A stretch of DNA of 64,000 nt from an uncultured Acidobacteriota bacterium (GTDB taxonomy: Bacteria > Acidobacteriota > Vicinamibacteria > Vicinamibacterales > CAVVIG01). A model generated the notes under the pieces. The model did no database searches, was not told the DNA's origin, and was given only the letters and a program-made list of their open reading frames with translations. A program made the position numbers and the translations under genes. Below are positions 36,838 through 47,632 of the stretch, in pieces (positions within the stretch are counted from its first letter, which is position 1; every line of letters begins with the position of its first letter). Location: positions 37,163 to 101,162 of the forward strand of contig CAVOPD010000019.1 in the NCBI GenBank assembly GCA_963697745.1. Direction: 5' to 3'.

Positions 36838-37389
36838 ATGATGCACCCCTGGCACGATTGTTATCTCGACGAGCGCTCGGTCGAACGCGGCTTTCCGGTC
36901 ATTGTCGAAGTCCCCAAAGGTTCGAAGAACAAGTACGAGCTGGACAAGGAGACGGGCCTGCTGCGGCTCGATCGCGTCCTCTTCAGCGCCGTGTACTATC
37001 CGGCGAACTACGGCTTCATTCCGCGCACCTTCTGCGACGACGGCGATCCGCTCGACGCGCTGGTGCTGGGGCAGGAACCGCTCCACCCGCTCTCGCTGGT
37101 CGAAGCCCGCGCCATCGGCGTCATGCGCATGCGCGACGAGAAGGGGCTCGACGACAAGATCATCGCCGTCAGCACCAAGGACCCGGCCTTCAACGACTAC
37201 ACCGATCACCGGCAGCTGCCGCAGCACCTGCTGCGCGAGATGACCCGCTTCTTCGAGGACTACAAGGTGCTCGAGCACAAGCAGGTGGTCATCGAGGACA
37301 TCCTCGGCCCCGCCGATGCGCTCAAGTACATCCGCGAAGCGATCGATCTGTATCAGCAGCTCCGCCGCGGCGAGCTGAAGGTCAAGTAG
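36838..37389 (+). CDS. ppa: Inorganic pyrophosphatase (family I), intact
   Basis: MMHPWHDCYLDERSVERGFPVIVEVPKGSKNKYELDKETGLLRLDRVLFSAVYYPANYGFIPRTFCDDGDPLDALVLGQEPLHPLSLVEARAIGVMRMRDEKGLDDKIIAV. There is no frame break. Confidence 0.93.
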   Translation: MMHPWHDCYLDERSVERGFPVIVEVPKGSKNKYELDKETGLLRLDRVLFSAVYYPANYGFIPRTFCDDGDPLDALVLGQEPLHPLSLVEARAIGVMRMRDEKGLDDKIIAVSTKDPAFNDYTDHRQLPQHLLREMTRFFEDYKVLEHKQVVIEDILGPADALKYIREAIDLYQQLRRGELKVK

Positions 37390-37420
37390 TCCACCCAGGT
37401 AGTCCAACGGGCGCAGTGAG

Positions 37421-37843
37421 TCACTGTTCGTGACCGCCTTGTGACTGCTCACTTCCGTGCGGCACGGTCGCGCACGGATTGTCGCTGGCCTGTGACTCCG
37501 GCTGCAGTTGCTTGCCTCCCTGCGCGGTCCAGCTGACCTGCTGGCGAACCGCGCCTCCCTCACTCGCCGGCGCGAACATCGCCAACTCGATGCGGTCGTA
37601 GCCCTTGTTAATCAACTGGAGCAGGAGGCGATTGCTGATTTCGTCGGCAGAGCCAGACCTGTGCATGCAGACGTTCGCCGTCAGGGTGCGGTCGCGCGCC
37701 TGAGCGTTCGCGACGTCCCACGGTCCTACGTCTTCGGATGTTGTGGCGACGATGTCAGTGAGTGGACGCGAGCAGGCGTCGATCGATACGACACAGGCCG
37801 CAATGAGGGCGCAGCTCAACGAACGGGACTTCATGGTCGTCAT
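37421..37843 (-). CDS. Hypothetical lipoprotein, intact
   Basis: 140-aa ORF beginning MTTMKSRSLSCALIAACVVSIDACS (lipobox). I recognise no family. Confidence 0.5.
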   Translation of the reverse strand: MTTMKSRSLSCALIAACVVSIDACSRPLTDIVATTSEDVGPWDVANAQARDRTLTANVCMHRSGSADEISNRLLLQLINKGYDRIELAMFAPASEGGAVRQQVSWTAQGGKQLQPESQASDNPCATVPHGSEQSQGGHEQ

Positions 37844-37943
37844 GAACCCGACGTAGATCAGAATCCGTGCCGGATGATTGCTGCGCCAGCCGGAGCGATG
37901 TGCGAGACGAACGATCCGGTCGGCCGAAGGACAAGGCCGACAG

Positions 37944-38474
37944 CTACGGGATGAAGGTGAACTTGGCCTGGCCGGTGATGGCGTTGGCCCAGCCGAGCAA
38001 CGAGCCGCCCCGCGGGCGAGCCTGGGCGCTGATGCGCACGTAGTAGTCGCGGTTCGCGTCGAGCCGCGTCGTCCGGACGATGGGCAGTCGTGTCAGGGTC
38101 GTGAGCCACTGCCGCACCGTCCCGTCGTCTTCCGTCACGAGTGAATCGTCGATGCGGCCGTCCACGACGCGCGACAGGGTGTGCCGCCGAGTCAGGTTGT
38201 CGTACTGGTCGCTGATGCTCACCGTTGATGTGGCGACCGTGCGGTCAACCCATCCCGGAACGAGCATGCGCAGGTCGATCGTGTAGGTGAAGGTCGTCCG
38301 GAGGCCGCTCGCGATCGCCTGGCGCACTTCGTCGGTGTAGCCGTCGGCCAGTTCGACCGAGACCACGACGGAGTTGCCGCTGCTGATCGGCACGATGCGC
38401 AGCGTTTCAGCCGCGCGCCCGACGGCGCCCGAGAGAAGGAGCGCCAGCGTCAGTAATCCCAGTCGTCGCATCAT
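37944..38474 (-). CDS. Secreted protein, possibly DUF4390-like, intact
   Basis: MMRRLGLLTLALLLSGAVGRAAETLRIVPISSGNSVVVSVELADGYTDEVRQAIASGLRTTFTYTIDLRMLVPGWVDRTV...ANRDYYVRISAQARP. The family name is from memory and tentative. Confidence 0.5.
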   Translation of the reverse strand: MMRRLGLLTLALLLSGAVGRAAETLRIVPISSGNSVVVSVELADGYTDEVRQAIASGLRTTFTYTIDLRMLVPGWVDRTVATSTVSISDQYDNLTRRHTLSRVVDGRIDDSLVTEDDGTVRQWLTTLTRLPIVRTTRLDANRDYYVRISAQARPRGGSLLGWANAITGQAKFTFIP

Positions 38475-38531
38475 ACAAACGCTCCGGGGCCGAAACGAAC
38501 TCAGGCTCGGCCCCATCCTAGTACTTTACGG

Positions 38532-39125
38532 CTACAGCCGCACCGATAAACCCATCGTCGCCCGCCAGAATGACAGCTGTTCGGGGCCGAAGCTGAACCC
38601 GCTGACGGGCTTTTGCGTGTTGAACGAGTGGAACAACCGCAGGTCCCAGTTCAGTCCGACGACATCGTTCACGAAGCCGGTCGCTCCACCACCCAAGTCC
38701 CATGCCGTCAGGAAGTCGGAGTATGGCAGCACATTCAGGTTGTCGAAGAACCCGACCTGCATGACCCCGAGTCCGCCGACCACGTAGGGGCGCAGCCCGT
38801 ACTGAGCCACGCGCCTCGGCATTGCGACCACCACATTCCCAGTCACCGTTGCCACGTGACTCTTCAGGATGAGATTCTTCTCGCCGCTGAAGAACCCCGC
38901 GGTGGTCGCCACATCGCCCTCCAGCCCGACGATGTTCCCCTGCCACAGCACACTGGCGCCAAGATTGAACTTCGCGCTTCCCGCCACATCGTCAAGATTA
39001 ACGAACGTCGTGGTGCCACCGAACGTAATGCCGCCAAACGGTTTCAACTGCCACTCGGCGTGCGCGACAGACGGCGCGAGCGTGATCAAAACGGCGAGCG
39101 TGCCGAAACGGAGAAACCGCAGCAC
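38532..39125 (-). CDS. Small outer-membrane beta-barrel protein (OmpW/OMP_b-brl-like), intact
   Basis: MLRFLRFGTLAVLITLAPSVAHAEWQLKPFGGITFGG... has alternating hydrophobic beta-strand patterning and ends ..SFWRATMGLSVRL. Confidence 0.65.
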   Translation of the reverse strand: MLRFLRFGTLAVLITLAPSVAHAEWQLKPFGGITFGGTTTFVNLDDVAGSAKFNLGASVLWQGNIVGLEGDVATTAGFFSGEKNLILKSHVATVTGNVVVAMPRRVAQYGLRPYVVGGLGVMQVGFFDNLNVLPYSDFLTAWDLGGGATGFVNDVVGLNWDLRLFHSFNTQKPVSGFSFGPEQLSFWRATMGLSVRL

Positions 39126-39128
39126 CGC

Positions 39129-40190
39129 TTACCGGGTAAACAGCGACAGAAACACCCGGGCGAACGGCGAGGTGGTCACATCGCCCCGCGCGAGGGGCAG
39201 AGACTTGACCAGCCCCGTGCTGTTCGCCATCAGAATCATCGTCATCCCGCGTCCCGGGAGCGTGACGACCAGCGAGGACGAGCCGTTCTCGCCACCGCTA
39301 CCGAATTGCCAGACCACCGTATCCCCGTTGTAGTTCTGCACGAACCAGCCGAGCGCATGAGGCAGCGGTCTGCCGGTGCCGTCGATGGCCGGGCGCCACG
39401 CTTCGGCGAGGGTCTGGGGCGACATCAGGATCCCGGAGCGGAGCGCCAGATCGAACTGCGCGTAGTCGTGGGCGGTAGAAATGAGGCCGGTCGACGGGGT
39501 CAGCGTCGACGCCGTGAACTGCACCGGAACGGCACGCTTCTGGCCGTCCACTGCGTAGGCCGTGCTCAGACGCTCCAGGGAGGCTGCATAGCGTGCGCGC
39601 TCGCTGGTGGACTGGGCAGCGTCGGGCGGCGGCAGGGTGTTCAGAACATCCGCGCCAGGGACCGAGTTGACCATGGCGAGGCGCTCGAGCAGCCTGCCCA
39701 TCACGGACCGGTATGTCTCCCCTTCGCAGCGACTGATGACGGTGTCGAGCGCGTCGAGGCGCTCGGATCGGTAGGCAAAGGTGAGTGCCTGTCGGGGACC
39801 GCTCGTGTGGGATAGCAGCTGCCGCAACGACGCGTTCGGCTCGGGGGCCGCCTCCGCGTAGGCCCCGACAAGATCGTCCAGCTGGATCCGATTGTTCTCG
39901 GCGCACTGCAGCACGAAAGTGGCCGTGAACACCTGTGTGATCCCGTCGATCTGCAGCGGGGTGTCCGGCCGCATGGGGAGAGCACGCGCGACATCCTGGT
40001 AGCCGAATCCGCGCTCCCAGAGCACCTCTGTCGGGCCAACCACCGCCGCTGCCAGACCGGGAATGCCGACCTGAAGCCGGAGCGCCTCCAGGTAGTCGGC
40101 CAATCTCGAATAGGCAAGCTCCTCGGCCTGCATCGGTGCACAGGCCAGCAGGACGACGCCAAGGGCGAACGCGATCAGTGAACGGCGCAT
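39129..40190 (-). CDS. Beta-lactamase-fold (serine hydrolase family) protein with degenerate catalytic motifs, intact
   Basis: 353-aa ORF with signal MRRSLIAFALGVVLLACAPMQA. IPGLAAAVVGPTEVLWERGFGY...PLQIDGITQVFTATFVLQCAENNRIQLDDLV aligns to the xxSxxKxfTa motif region but reads G-I-T-Q. LLSHTSG is present. Confidence 0.7.
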   Translation of the reverse strand: MRRSLIAFALGVVLLACAPMQAEELAYSRLADYLEALRLQVGIPGLAAAVVGPTEVLWERGFGYQDVARALPMRPDTPLQIDGITQVFTATFVLQCAENNRIQLDDLVGAYAEAAPEPNASLRQLLSHTSGPRQALTFAYRSERLDALDTVISRCEGETYRSVMGRLLERLAMVNSVPGADVLNTLPPPDAAQSTSERARYAASLERLSTAYAVDGQKRAVPVQFTASTLTPSTGLISTAHDYAQFDLALRSGILMSPQTLAEAWRPAIDGTGRPLPHALGWFVQNYNGDTVVWQFGSGGENGSSSLVVTLPGRGMTMILMANSTGLVKSLPLARGDVTTSPFARVFLSLFTR

Positions 40191-40378
40191 CTGGGTACGA
40201 AACCGTGTCGATCATACCGTTGATTGCCGCTGATTCATCTGGCTGAAAATGCCGGTGCTGCATCAACAGGTTTGCCCACGGTTGCCAACTCAATCGAGGC
40301 GGCGCGTTGTTCCCGCCTCGCTTGCCCGTATGCTGAGGTCCCCCCGGACTATGTTGTGTTCCCTCGAAGGAGGTTTGA

Positions 40379-41951
40379 GTGCGAGCTTCGCTGTCAGTTA
40401 CCGCCGGAGTTCTCTCGGTCGTTGTTGCCGGCCTGCTGTTAGCTGCGGCACCCTCGGCGCAATCCGACAGGGCTATCGAGGTCAGTCGCAACCACTTCGC
40501 CGCCAACCGTGGCGGGTACGGCCTCAACGACCCGGGGTCTGATCTGCGGGTACGAAGCGCACACAGCGACAGCCAGGGGCTCTCCCATGTGCGGTTCGAT
40601 CAGTTCTATCGCGGCCTGCGGGTGTTCGAAGGTGAGGCCATCGCCCACGTGGACGCGAACGGCGACGTCACGGTGACGAACAGCCTGCACGGCAACCTGA
40701 ATCTGGATACGAACCCGCGCGTCAACCGCAACGCCGCGGTCGCCACGGCCGTGCGCTCGATCGGCCCGCTTGGCGCCTACGAATTGCGCGACGCGGCGCT
40801 GGTCGTGCTGCCGCGGGGCGAGCGCAGCATCATCGATCGGCTGGCATGGCAGGTGGCCATCGACGTCGACAACGACTTCGAGGACCGGGCCGAGTGGCAG
40901 GTACTTCATCGACGCGCGCACCGGGGACGTGGCGTTCTCGTACAACGGCCTCGAGACAACCGGTGACGTCGTCGGGGACCGGGAAGACGATGTACTCGGG
41001 CCCGCAGTCCATCCATGTCGACCAGACGGCGGCGACGACGTTCTATCTCCGTGACCTGACGCAGGGCGGCGGCAACTTCACCTGCGACATGCGGAGCGGC
41101 CGCGCGAACTGCTACTACATCACCGGCAGCACGCCGACCTTCGGCATCGGCAGCGTCACGACGACCGGGCCGACCGCTGCCGCAGACGCGCACTTCGGTC
41201 TTCAGGCGACGCTGGCGTACTACAAGACGATGTTCGGCCGGAACGGCATCGACGGCGCGAACCGCAAGACCTACTCGCGCGTGCACTACAGCCGCAACTA
41301 CGAGAATGCCTTCTGGAGCGACTCCTGCTTCTGCATGACCTACGGCGACGGGGCGTCCACGTTCTATCCGCTCGTGTCTCTGGATGTCGCCGGCCACGAG
41401 ATGTCGCACGGCGTCATGTCGAAGGAAGCGAACCTGACCTACTCGGGCGAATCCGGCGGCCTCAACGAGTCGAACTCCGACATCTTCGGCACGCTGGTCG
41501 AGTTCAGCGTCAACTCCGCGGCCGATGCGCCCGACTACTGGATTGGAGAGCGCGTGATCAAGTCGAACTGGTCGGGCAGGCGACGTTCACGCAGACCAAG
41601 GCACTTCGCTACATGGACGACCCGGCGAAGGATGGCGCGAGCCCGGCGTGCTGGTCGAGTTCGGTGGGTAACCTGAACGTGCACTACTCGTCAGGGCCGA
41701 ACAACCACATGTTCTACCTGCTGTCGCACGGCGGCACGAGCAAGTGCAACGGCGCGGTGGTCGCCGGGATCGGCAACGACAAGGCCGCCGCGAATCTGGT
41801 ACAAGGCGATTTCCGATTACATGACGGCGTCGACCAACTACGCGGGCGCGCGGACGGCGGCCGCTGAATGCGGCGAGCCGCGCTCTATGGTGCGGCTTCG
41901 GCCGAGGCCGCGGCGGTGAAGGCGGCATTCTCGGCCATCAACGTCAACTAG
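40379..41951 (+). CDS. Secreted M4 (thermolysin-like) zinc metalloprotease with propeptide, about 4 frameshifts
   Basis: GAAGGAGG RBS and a GTG start. Signal MRASLSVTAGVLSVVVAGLLLAAAPSAQS. Propeptide SHVRFDQFYRGLRVFEGEAIAHVD. Catalytic VSLDVAGHEMSHGVMSKEANLTYSGESGGLNESNSDIFG (HExxH plus ExxxD). ..VHYSSGPNNHMFYLL.. ends ..AAFSAINVN-stop (41949-41951). Confidence 0.88.
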
Positions 41952-41983
41952 CACTGCTGCCGAGCATTTGCGCGTGGCGTAGC

Positions 41984-42029
41984 GTCGGGTCTTCAGACCC
42001 GACCGGAGGGCGGGTCTAAGGACCCGCCC
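41984..42029 (+). terminator. Two consecutive perfect GC-rich hairpins after the protease gene
   Basis: gtcgggtc-ttca-gacccgac (41984-42003) and gggcgggtc-taag-gacccgccc (42008-42029). No clear T-run follows, so the terminator function is inferred from position. Confidence 0.5.
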
Positions 42030-42090
42030 CTACGTTCGGCTCCTACGTTCGCCGCTACGGTCGCACCAGCGATCGCGCTATCATCGCCGC

Positions 42091-42513
42091 ATGCGATGGT
42101 CAGTGGCGCTCTCGCTCGCCACCGCGCTCCTGTTCGCCGCCTGCGGGTCGCTGGCGGGTGCGCCCACTCCACAGTCCACCGCGCTCGATCAGCCCTTCAC
42201 GCTCAAGCCCGGCGACACCGTGTCGGTAGGCGACGCGCGCGTGCAGGTGGGATTCGAGCGTGTGACCTCGGACTCGCGCTGTCCGCGCGACGTGCAGTGC
42301 ATTCAGGCCGGCGAGGCGGTCGTTCGCGCGACGGTGACGGTGCCAGGCAAGTCCAGGCAATCAGTTGACGTGAAGACGACCCCCGCGTCGGCGAGCGGCA
42401 GCGTCGATGGCTATACGCTGACGCTGACCAGCCTCGAACCCCTGCCGGATTCGGCACGCCCACCCCGCGCGGCCGAGTACCGCGCGACGTTCGTCCTGTC
42501 GAGGGGACGCTAG
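42091..42513 (+). CDS. Hypothetical lipoprotein, intact
   Basis: MRWSVALSLATALLFAACGS (lipobox), 140 aa. I recognise no family. Confidence 0.5.
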   Translation: MRWSVALSLATALLFAACGSLAGAPTPQSTALDQPFTLKPGDTVSVGDARVQVGFERVTSDSRCPRDVQCIQAGEAVVRATVTVPGKSRQSVDVKTTPASASGSVDGYTLTLTSLEPLPDSARPPRAAEYRATFVLSRGR

Positions 42514-42543
42514 CAGCTGTCTTCACATCGGCGTAGCGTCGCG

Positions 42544-45133
42544 TCATGAGGCGCCGGCCGGCGCCGGCCCGGTCACCGGCTGGCCAACCGTCTCATCCTC
42601 CTCGCGAGGCGGCGTGAGGATCGATCCCCAGCCTCCCGCGATCAGCGCGCTCACGTAGGCGATCGCCACGGGCCATTCCCACGCGTTCTGGTACGCCATG
42701 TACCGTGGCACCCACTCGGGGTCGAACTTGTCCTTATAGGCGCGCAGGCCCTGGAAGTTGTACCAGTGTTCGCCCCGCTGGAAGAGCAGGCGTGCCAGCC
42801 GTTCGCGGGCGTGCGCACCACGCTGCTCGCCGACCGACGCGAGCGGCGCCATCCCCAGGTTGAAGCGCGCGTAACCCTGCTCCTTCCCCCACAGAAAGAG
42901 TGAGACGAAGAGGAAGTCCATGACCGCCGGGCCATCGCTGCGATGCCGCATCAGGTCCACCGAGAGTTCCATGTGGTGGGGACCTTCCAGGAGGTTGGCG
43001 AACGCGATGATCCGATGCGCACCCGATGCTTCCTCGACCACCGCGCACGGATACCGCGTCAAATAGTCACGATCGAAGAACCCGATCGAGAACTGCCGTT
43101 CAGCGAGCCCCTTTGTGTGCAGCCAGTCGTTGGAGATCGCCTCCAGTTCATCAAGGTGCGGACCGACATCGTCGGGCGCGAGCACGCGGAACCTCACGCC
43201 GTCGCGCTCGCCGCGCCGCAGCGCCTGGCGATACATCTTTCCCGCATGGCCTTCCAGCGTGACGCGGTCCAGCGACACGTGCGCCTCTTCGCCGAGCTTG
43301 AAGAAGTCGTAGCCGCGATCGTGCAGCACCGGAATCCAGTCGAGCGAGATCTGATAGAACACCGGACGTCGATCGAACTCCCCGGCGAGTGCAAAGAACG
43401 CGTCGAGAAACGCCGTGCGTTCGGACGCCGAACGCACGATCGGATCCGAGAAGACGACGAGGTACGGACCAATCGTGCGATACAGGCAGAAGCCGCGATC
43501 CGCATCGACGAACGCCGACTTGTCGCCCGTGGCGATCATCAGGGGGTTGGTGCCGCCGCCGATGCGTCCGTGCAGATCGAGCACCTGCCGCACCTCGCGC
43601 GCCTCGGGCCGCCGGAAACGGACCGGTGCGCGGAGCAGCAGGTAGACGGCGCCCGCGGAGACGGCCAGCGCCATCGAGCCGGCCGTTCGCAGGAAGCGCG
43701 CCGCCTGGAAGCGGTAGCCGATGTACGTCCAGCGATCGATCGCCGTTGCTCCGACTCGATGCGAAACGACGCCGAAGAGGAAGAACAGCGTCAGCGCGAC
43801 GAGGGCGATGCCGACGTCGGGCCCCTCGATCCAGTCGCCATGACTCGGACGATCGAAGAGCGAGGACTGCGACCACGTGGCCAGCAAGAGCCCACCCAGG
43901 ACGATCGCCTCTTCCCAGTCGAAGCCTTTCAGGATCGCGCCGCAGCCGGCGATGGTCAGCAGCACCAGCGTCAGCCTGAACGCTGCGCGATAGCCGCGGG
44001 CCAGCCCCCGGGCGAGCACCAGCAGCAGCAGCCCTGCCATCGCTGCCGCGAGGTGGCCCGCCTCGACCAGCGGCAGAGGAATGAACCGTTCCAGCAGCGG
44101 CAGGCGTGCGTACAACGCCGGAGAGGCGCTGCTCAAGAGGATCAGGACGCCGCCGCCCCCGACGAGCCCGGCGATGATCCGCCGCGCCACCTCGATGCGC
44201 TTCTGCGCACGGCGTGTGACCCACGACAGCAGCAGCAGCGATGCCGCCGCCCATGGCAACACGTAGTAGACGACCCGGTAGGCGATGAGCACCGCCGCCG
44301 CGCTGCTCTCCACGAGCGGCAGGTGGGCGACCCAGTAGGCGTCACCGCTGCCGAACCCGCCCGGGCACCAGGCTGAGGACCCCGATCACCTGGCCTAGAA
44401 AAAACGTCTGCGCGATGCTCGGAAACGAGTTCGTCGAACCGGCCGCGTGCAGGCACGCCACGAACACGCCGCACGCGAGAATCCAGTCGGCCCACCCGAT
44501 GCCGGCGAGCAGCAGCGTGTGCGCCCAGGTGGACGGGCCAGGCTCGTTCCTGCGGCGCCTGATAATCACCTGTGCCGCCGCGACGAACGCCACGCTGAAC
44601 GCGAACGCGAGCGGCACCAGCCCCCACACACCGACCCCGGTCGCCTGCGCGACGAGCACCGCCGCGGTCCACCCGGCGAGCCCCGACGAGAAGGCGACGG
44701 CGACCGCAATCACGCCGCCGTGCAGATCCGACAGCTGTTCCACAGCGGGGCGATACAGCCAGAAACGCATGGCCGGGCCGGCCAGCGGGCCGAGCGTCAG
44801 GAAGTTGCTCCAGGCGAAGCACACCGCGCCGAAGCGCCAGCGATCGGTCCATTTCGACCGCGTATGGCTGAACGCCACAACATCGTAGAAACCCATCGTC
44901 CCGATGTTGACCAGCGTGATCAGCGCGGCCACGCCGATCCAGAACGGGTCGAGTGCGTGAAGCGCCGACGAGAAGTCGCGCGGGTGAATCTGGCGGACCG
45001 CTTCCCACGAGAGCCCCAGGACCACTGCCAGCACGACCAGCGGCCACACTCGGGACGCATGTCCGAGCAGCCAGACTCCCGCGTTTTCCATCGCGGAGAC
45101 GATGCGGACGCGGCGGCGTTCCCCAGCAGGCAT
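42544..45133 (-). CDS. mprF: Bifunctional lysylphosphatidylglycerol flippase/synthetase MprF-like (aminoacyl-PG synthase), one frameshift near 44340
   Basis: The N-terminal TM/flippase part is ORF 44342..45397 (from MPAGERRRVRIVSAMENAGVWLL; ..FFLGQVIGVLSLVPG). It joins ORF 42544..44313 (..VESSAAAVLIAYRVVYYVLPWAAASLLLL... C-terminal DUF2156-type synthase: FYQISLDWIPVLHDRGYDFFKLGEEAHV...FSIGFFDRDYL...MDFLFVSLFLWGKEQGYARFNLGMAPL...WYNFQGLRAYKDKFDPEW). An extra G in cccgggcggg breaks ..SLVPGGFGSGDAYWVAHLPLVESS.. Confidence 0.88.
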
Positions 45134-45267
45134 GGTGATCAGTTCCTCCCCAGGGGAGGCGCTGTACGGACAGGATACCGCCGCTTGGCCGCGCGGCGCG
45201 GAGCTGTTAAGAGATCGCAAGGAACGCCGAACAGCAGGGCCGGGAGTTACGATCGAAAAGAGCCAGT

Positions 45268-46066
45268 ATGCGTCACGGTCTCTTTCACTGTTTCGTGGTC
45301 TCTGTCGGTGTGTGCGTATCAGGCTGTGTGCACCACGCGCAGGTGGCCACGGCTGCTCCCCGGGTATTCGACCGAGCGGATCATCGTCAACGAGCACGCG
45401 TTGACCTTACGCGTATCGCGCGGTACGGCCGAGCATCGCGCCGAACTGCTCGTGTACGCCACCGGCGATGGGGGCTGGCGCGGGATGGACCGCGACGTGT
45501 ATCGGCAGCTCGAGTCGTGGGGATACGCGGCCATTGGCTTCAGCGCGCCCGAATACCTCGACCACCTGCCTGGCGCCGACGGCACCACCACGCCCGCACG
45601 GCTCGCATCGGACTTCGCCACGATCATCGAACAGGGACGCGAGGCGCTCGACGACGCTGCCCCTCGCCGGGTCGTGCTCGTCGGCGTCTCGAGGGGCGCG
45701 GACCTTGCCGTCGTTGCAGCGGGGCAGGCGGACCTTCAGCCGCAACTGGGCGGTGTCGTCGTCATGGGGCTCACGCGCGAGGAGGAGTACGTTCACGGCC
45801 GACACGATCCGGTGGGAGCCCTCGAGCTGTATGCGTACCTGCCAAGCCTCGGTGATGTGCCGTTGTCGGTTATCCAGTCGACGCGCGACAAGTACCTGCC
45901 CGCGGACGAAGCGCGGGTCCTGTTCGGCCAGGACATGCCGTATCGCACGTTCCATGCGATCGAGGCGCGCAACCACAGCTTCGCTGGTGCACGGCCGCTG
46001 CTCTATTCGACACTGCGTGCGTCGCTCGCGTGGGTGACGCGGCTGGACAGAAAGACGACTGGCTGA
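45268..46066 (+). CDS. AcvB/VirJ-like alpha/beta hydrolase lipoprotein, copy 1, one frameshift
   Basis: MRHGLFHCFVVSVGVCVSGC (lipobox), frame change about 45360, then LLVYATGDGGWRGMDRDVYRQLESWGYAAIGFSAPEYL...RVVLVGVSRGADLAVVAAG (GxSxG) ...VIQSTRDKYLPADEARVLF. The VirJ assignment is from motif resemblance (GYSFGADV-type nucleophile elbow). Confidence 0.6.
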
Positions 46067-46092
46067 GGGTGACGGCGAATCTGAACGCCAGG

Positions 46093-46935
46093 ATGAATCC
46101 GGACGCCGGCGGAGGCGAGCGCATCGGCCAGGCCAGGATGCGCGCGGCGCGGATGCTGACCATCGGCATCGCCGTGTGGTGGGCGATGGTGCCGACCGGC
46201 GCAGCGTGTGCCGCCGACCGGGTGGACCTGCCGCTGCGCGGCCACGTCATGGCGCTCACCATCTACAAGCCGTCGGGTCCACCGACCGGCACGATCATCA
46301 TGGGCAGCGGCGACGTCGGCTGGGTCGGCCTGGCAGTAGCGCGGGCGCAGGAACTCTCGGCCGACGGCTACGTGGTCGTCGGCGTCAACGTGCGGGAGTA
46401 TCTGTCGGCGTTCACCAGCGAAGGGCACGCATCTGACGCCAGCCGACATCGGGCACGACTTCGCGGAGTTGGCGCGGTTCCTTCGCGCGCGCGGACAGTT
46501 GTCCGCCACCGGTCGTGTTGTCAGGCGTCTCCGAGGGCGCGGGCATCGTCGTCGTGGCCGCGGCCGCGCCGGAGAATCACGAGTGGGTGACAGGCGTCAT
46601 CACGATGGGACTGCCGCGGACGTCTGAAATCGCGTGGCACTGGTCCGACTTCACGTCGTGGATTACGAGGAAGGACGCCGCTGAACCTTCAGTTGATGCG
46701 GTGGACTATCTGGGCGCGATTGCGCCGGTGCCGCTGGTGATGATTCAGTCGACGCAAGGACGAGTACGTGTCGGAGGCGGACTACCGCGGAATGGTCGGT
46801 GCGGCACGTGAGCCGAAGAAGCTGATTCTCATCGATGCGAGCAATCACCGGTTTACCGATCGGTTGCCGGAATTGCGGCGCGTGTATGCGGAGGGGCTCG
46901 CCTGGATCGCGGCGAAGAGTGGAGGCGCGCGGTGA
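46093..46935 (+). CDS. AcvB/VirJ-like alpha/beta hydrolase, copy 2, 2-3 frameshifts
   Basis: MRAARMLTIGIAVWWAMVPTGAACA..ALTIYKPSGPPTGTIIMGSGDVGWVGLAVARAQELSADGYVVVGVNVREYL / LTPADIGHDFAELARFLRARGQL / VVLSGVSEGAGIVVVAAAA (GxSxG) ..VMIQST / EYVSEADYRRMVGAAREPKKLILIDASNHRF. The start is 46093 or 46138. Confidence 0.6.
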
Positions 46936-47138
46936 GCGGTCGTGTGGCCTGGCCCTCGTCCCCTCGTCTGCGCCTCCCGCCAGGAGCTTGCCCGCAGCCC
47001 GCGCTCGACGCGCGACGCCGCACAATGTTCCCAGTCAGGACCGGACGCAGCCGACGGATGTTGCGCTGACGTGCGCAACAGGCGGTTCCGATGCGGGCCG
47101 TTGCGACTGTCGTCGCCGGCGCACCGGAGAATCGGAAG

Positions 47139-47632
47139 CTATTTCAGCGACGAGAGCACATGTGAGTTGTGGGCGGCGACCATGCCCATCATCACGTTGG
47201 AGGCCACCATCATGCCGATCGCGCCCATGCGGTGATGGCCCTTCCAGAGCTGTTCGGCAGCGACGATCGACGCGGTGGTCACGCCAGCCTTCATCGCAAC
47301 GAATGCGGCCGGACTCTTCGTCACGCTCTGCATCATCGGGTTGGCCTCGCGTCCGCCGTTTCTCAGCGCGCTCAGGGTCGAGTAGGCGTCGTAACCCTGG
47401 AGCGCGGCCGACGTCGACGTAGAGGGCGGGCAGTACCGACGGGCGGCCGTACTTGAACGTGGAGCGCGATGCGAAGTCGGTGGTCGCCGCAGTGGCGGTG
47501 GCGGTGGTGGCGGCGGCGAGTCGTCGCCGGCGCGACGATCAGCGCGGGCACCTGGACATCGTTGGGGTCAGCCGCGAATGCCGGCATCGTGAACGTGGCT
47601 CCGAGGACCGCGGCGAGGAGAAGACGACGCAT
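47139..47632 (-). CDS. Small secreted or membrane protein (possibly DUF5658-like C-terminus), frameshifted
   Basis: MRRLLLAAVLGATFTMPAFAADPNDVQVPALIVAP.. / ..SAALQGYDAYSTLSALRNGGREANPMMQSVTKSPAAFVAMKAGVTTASIVAAEQLWKGHHRMGAIGMMVASNVMMGMVAAHN. Confidence 0.4.
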
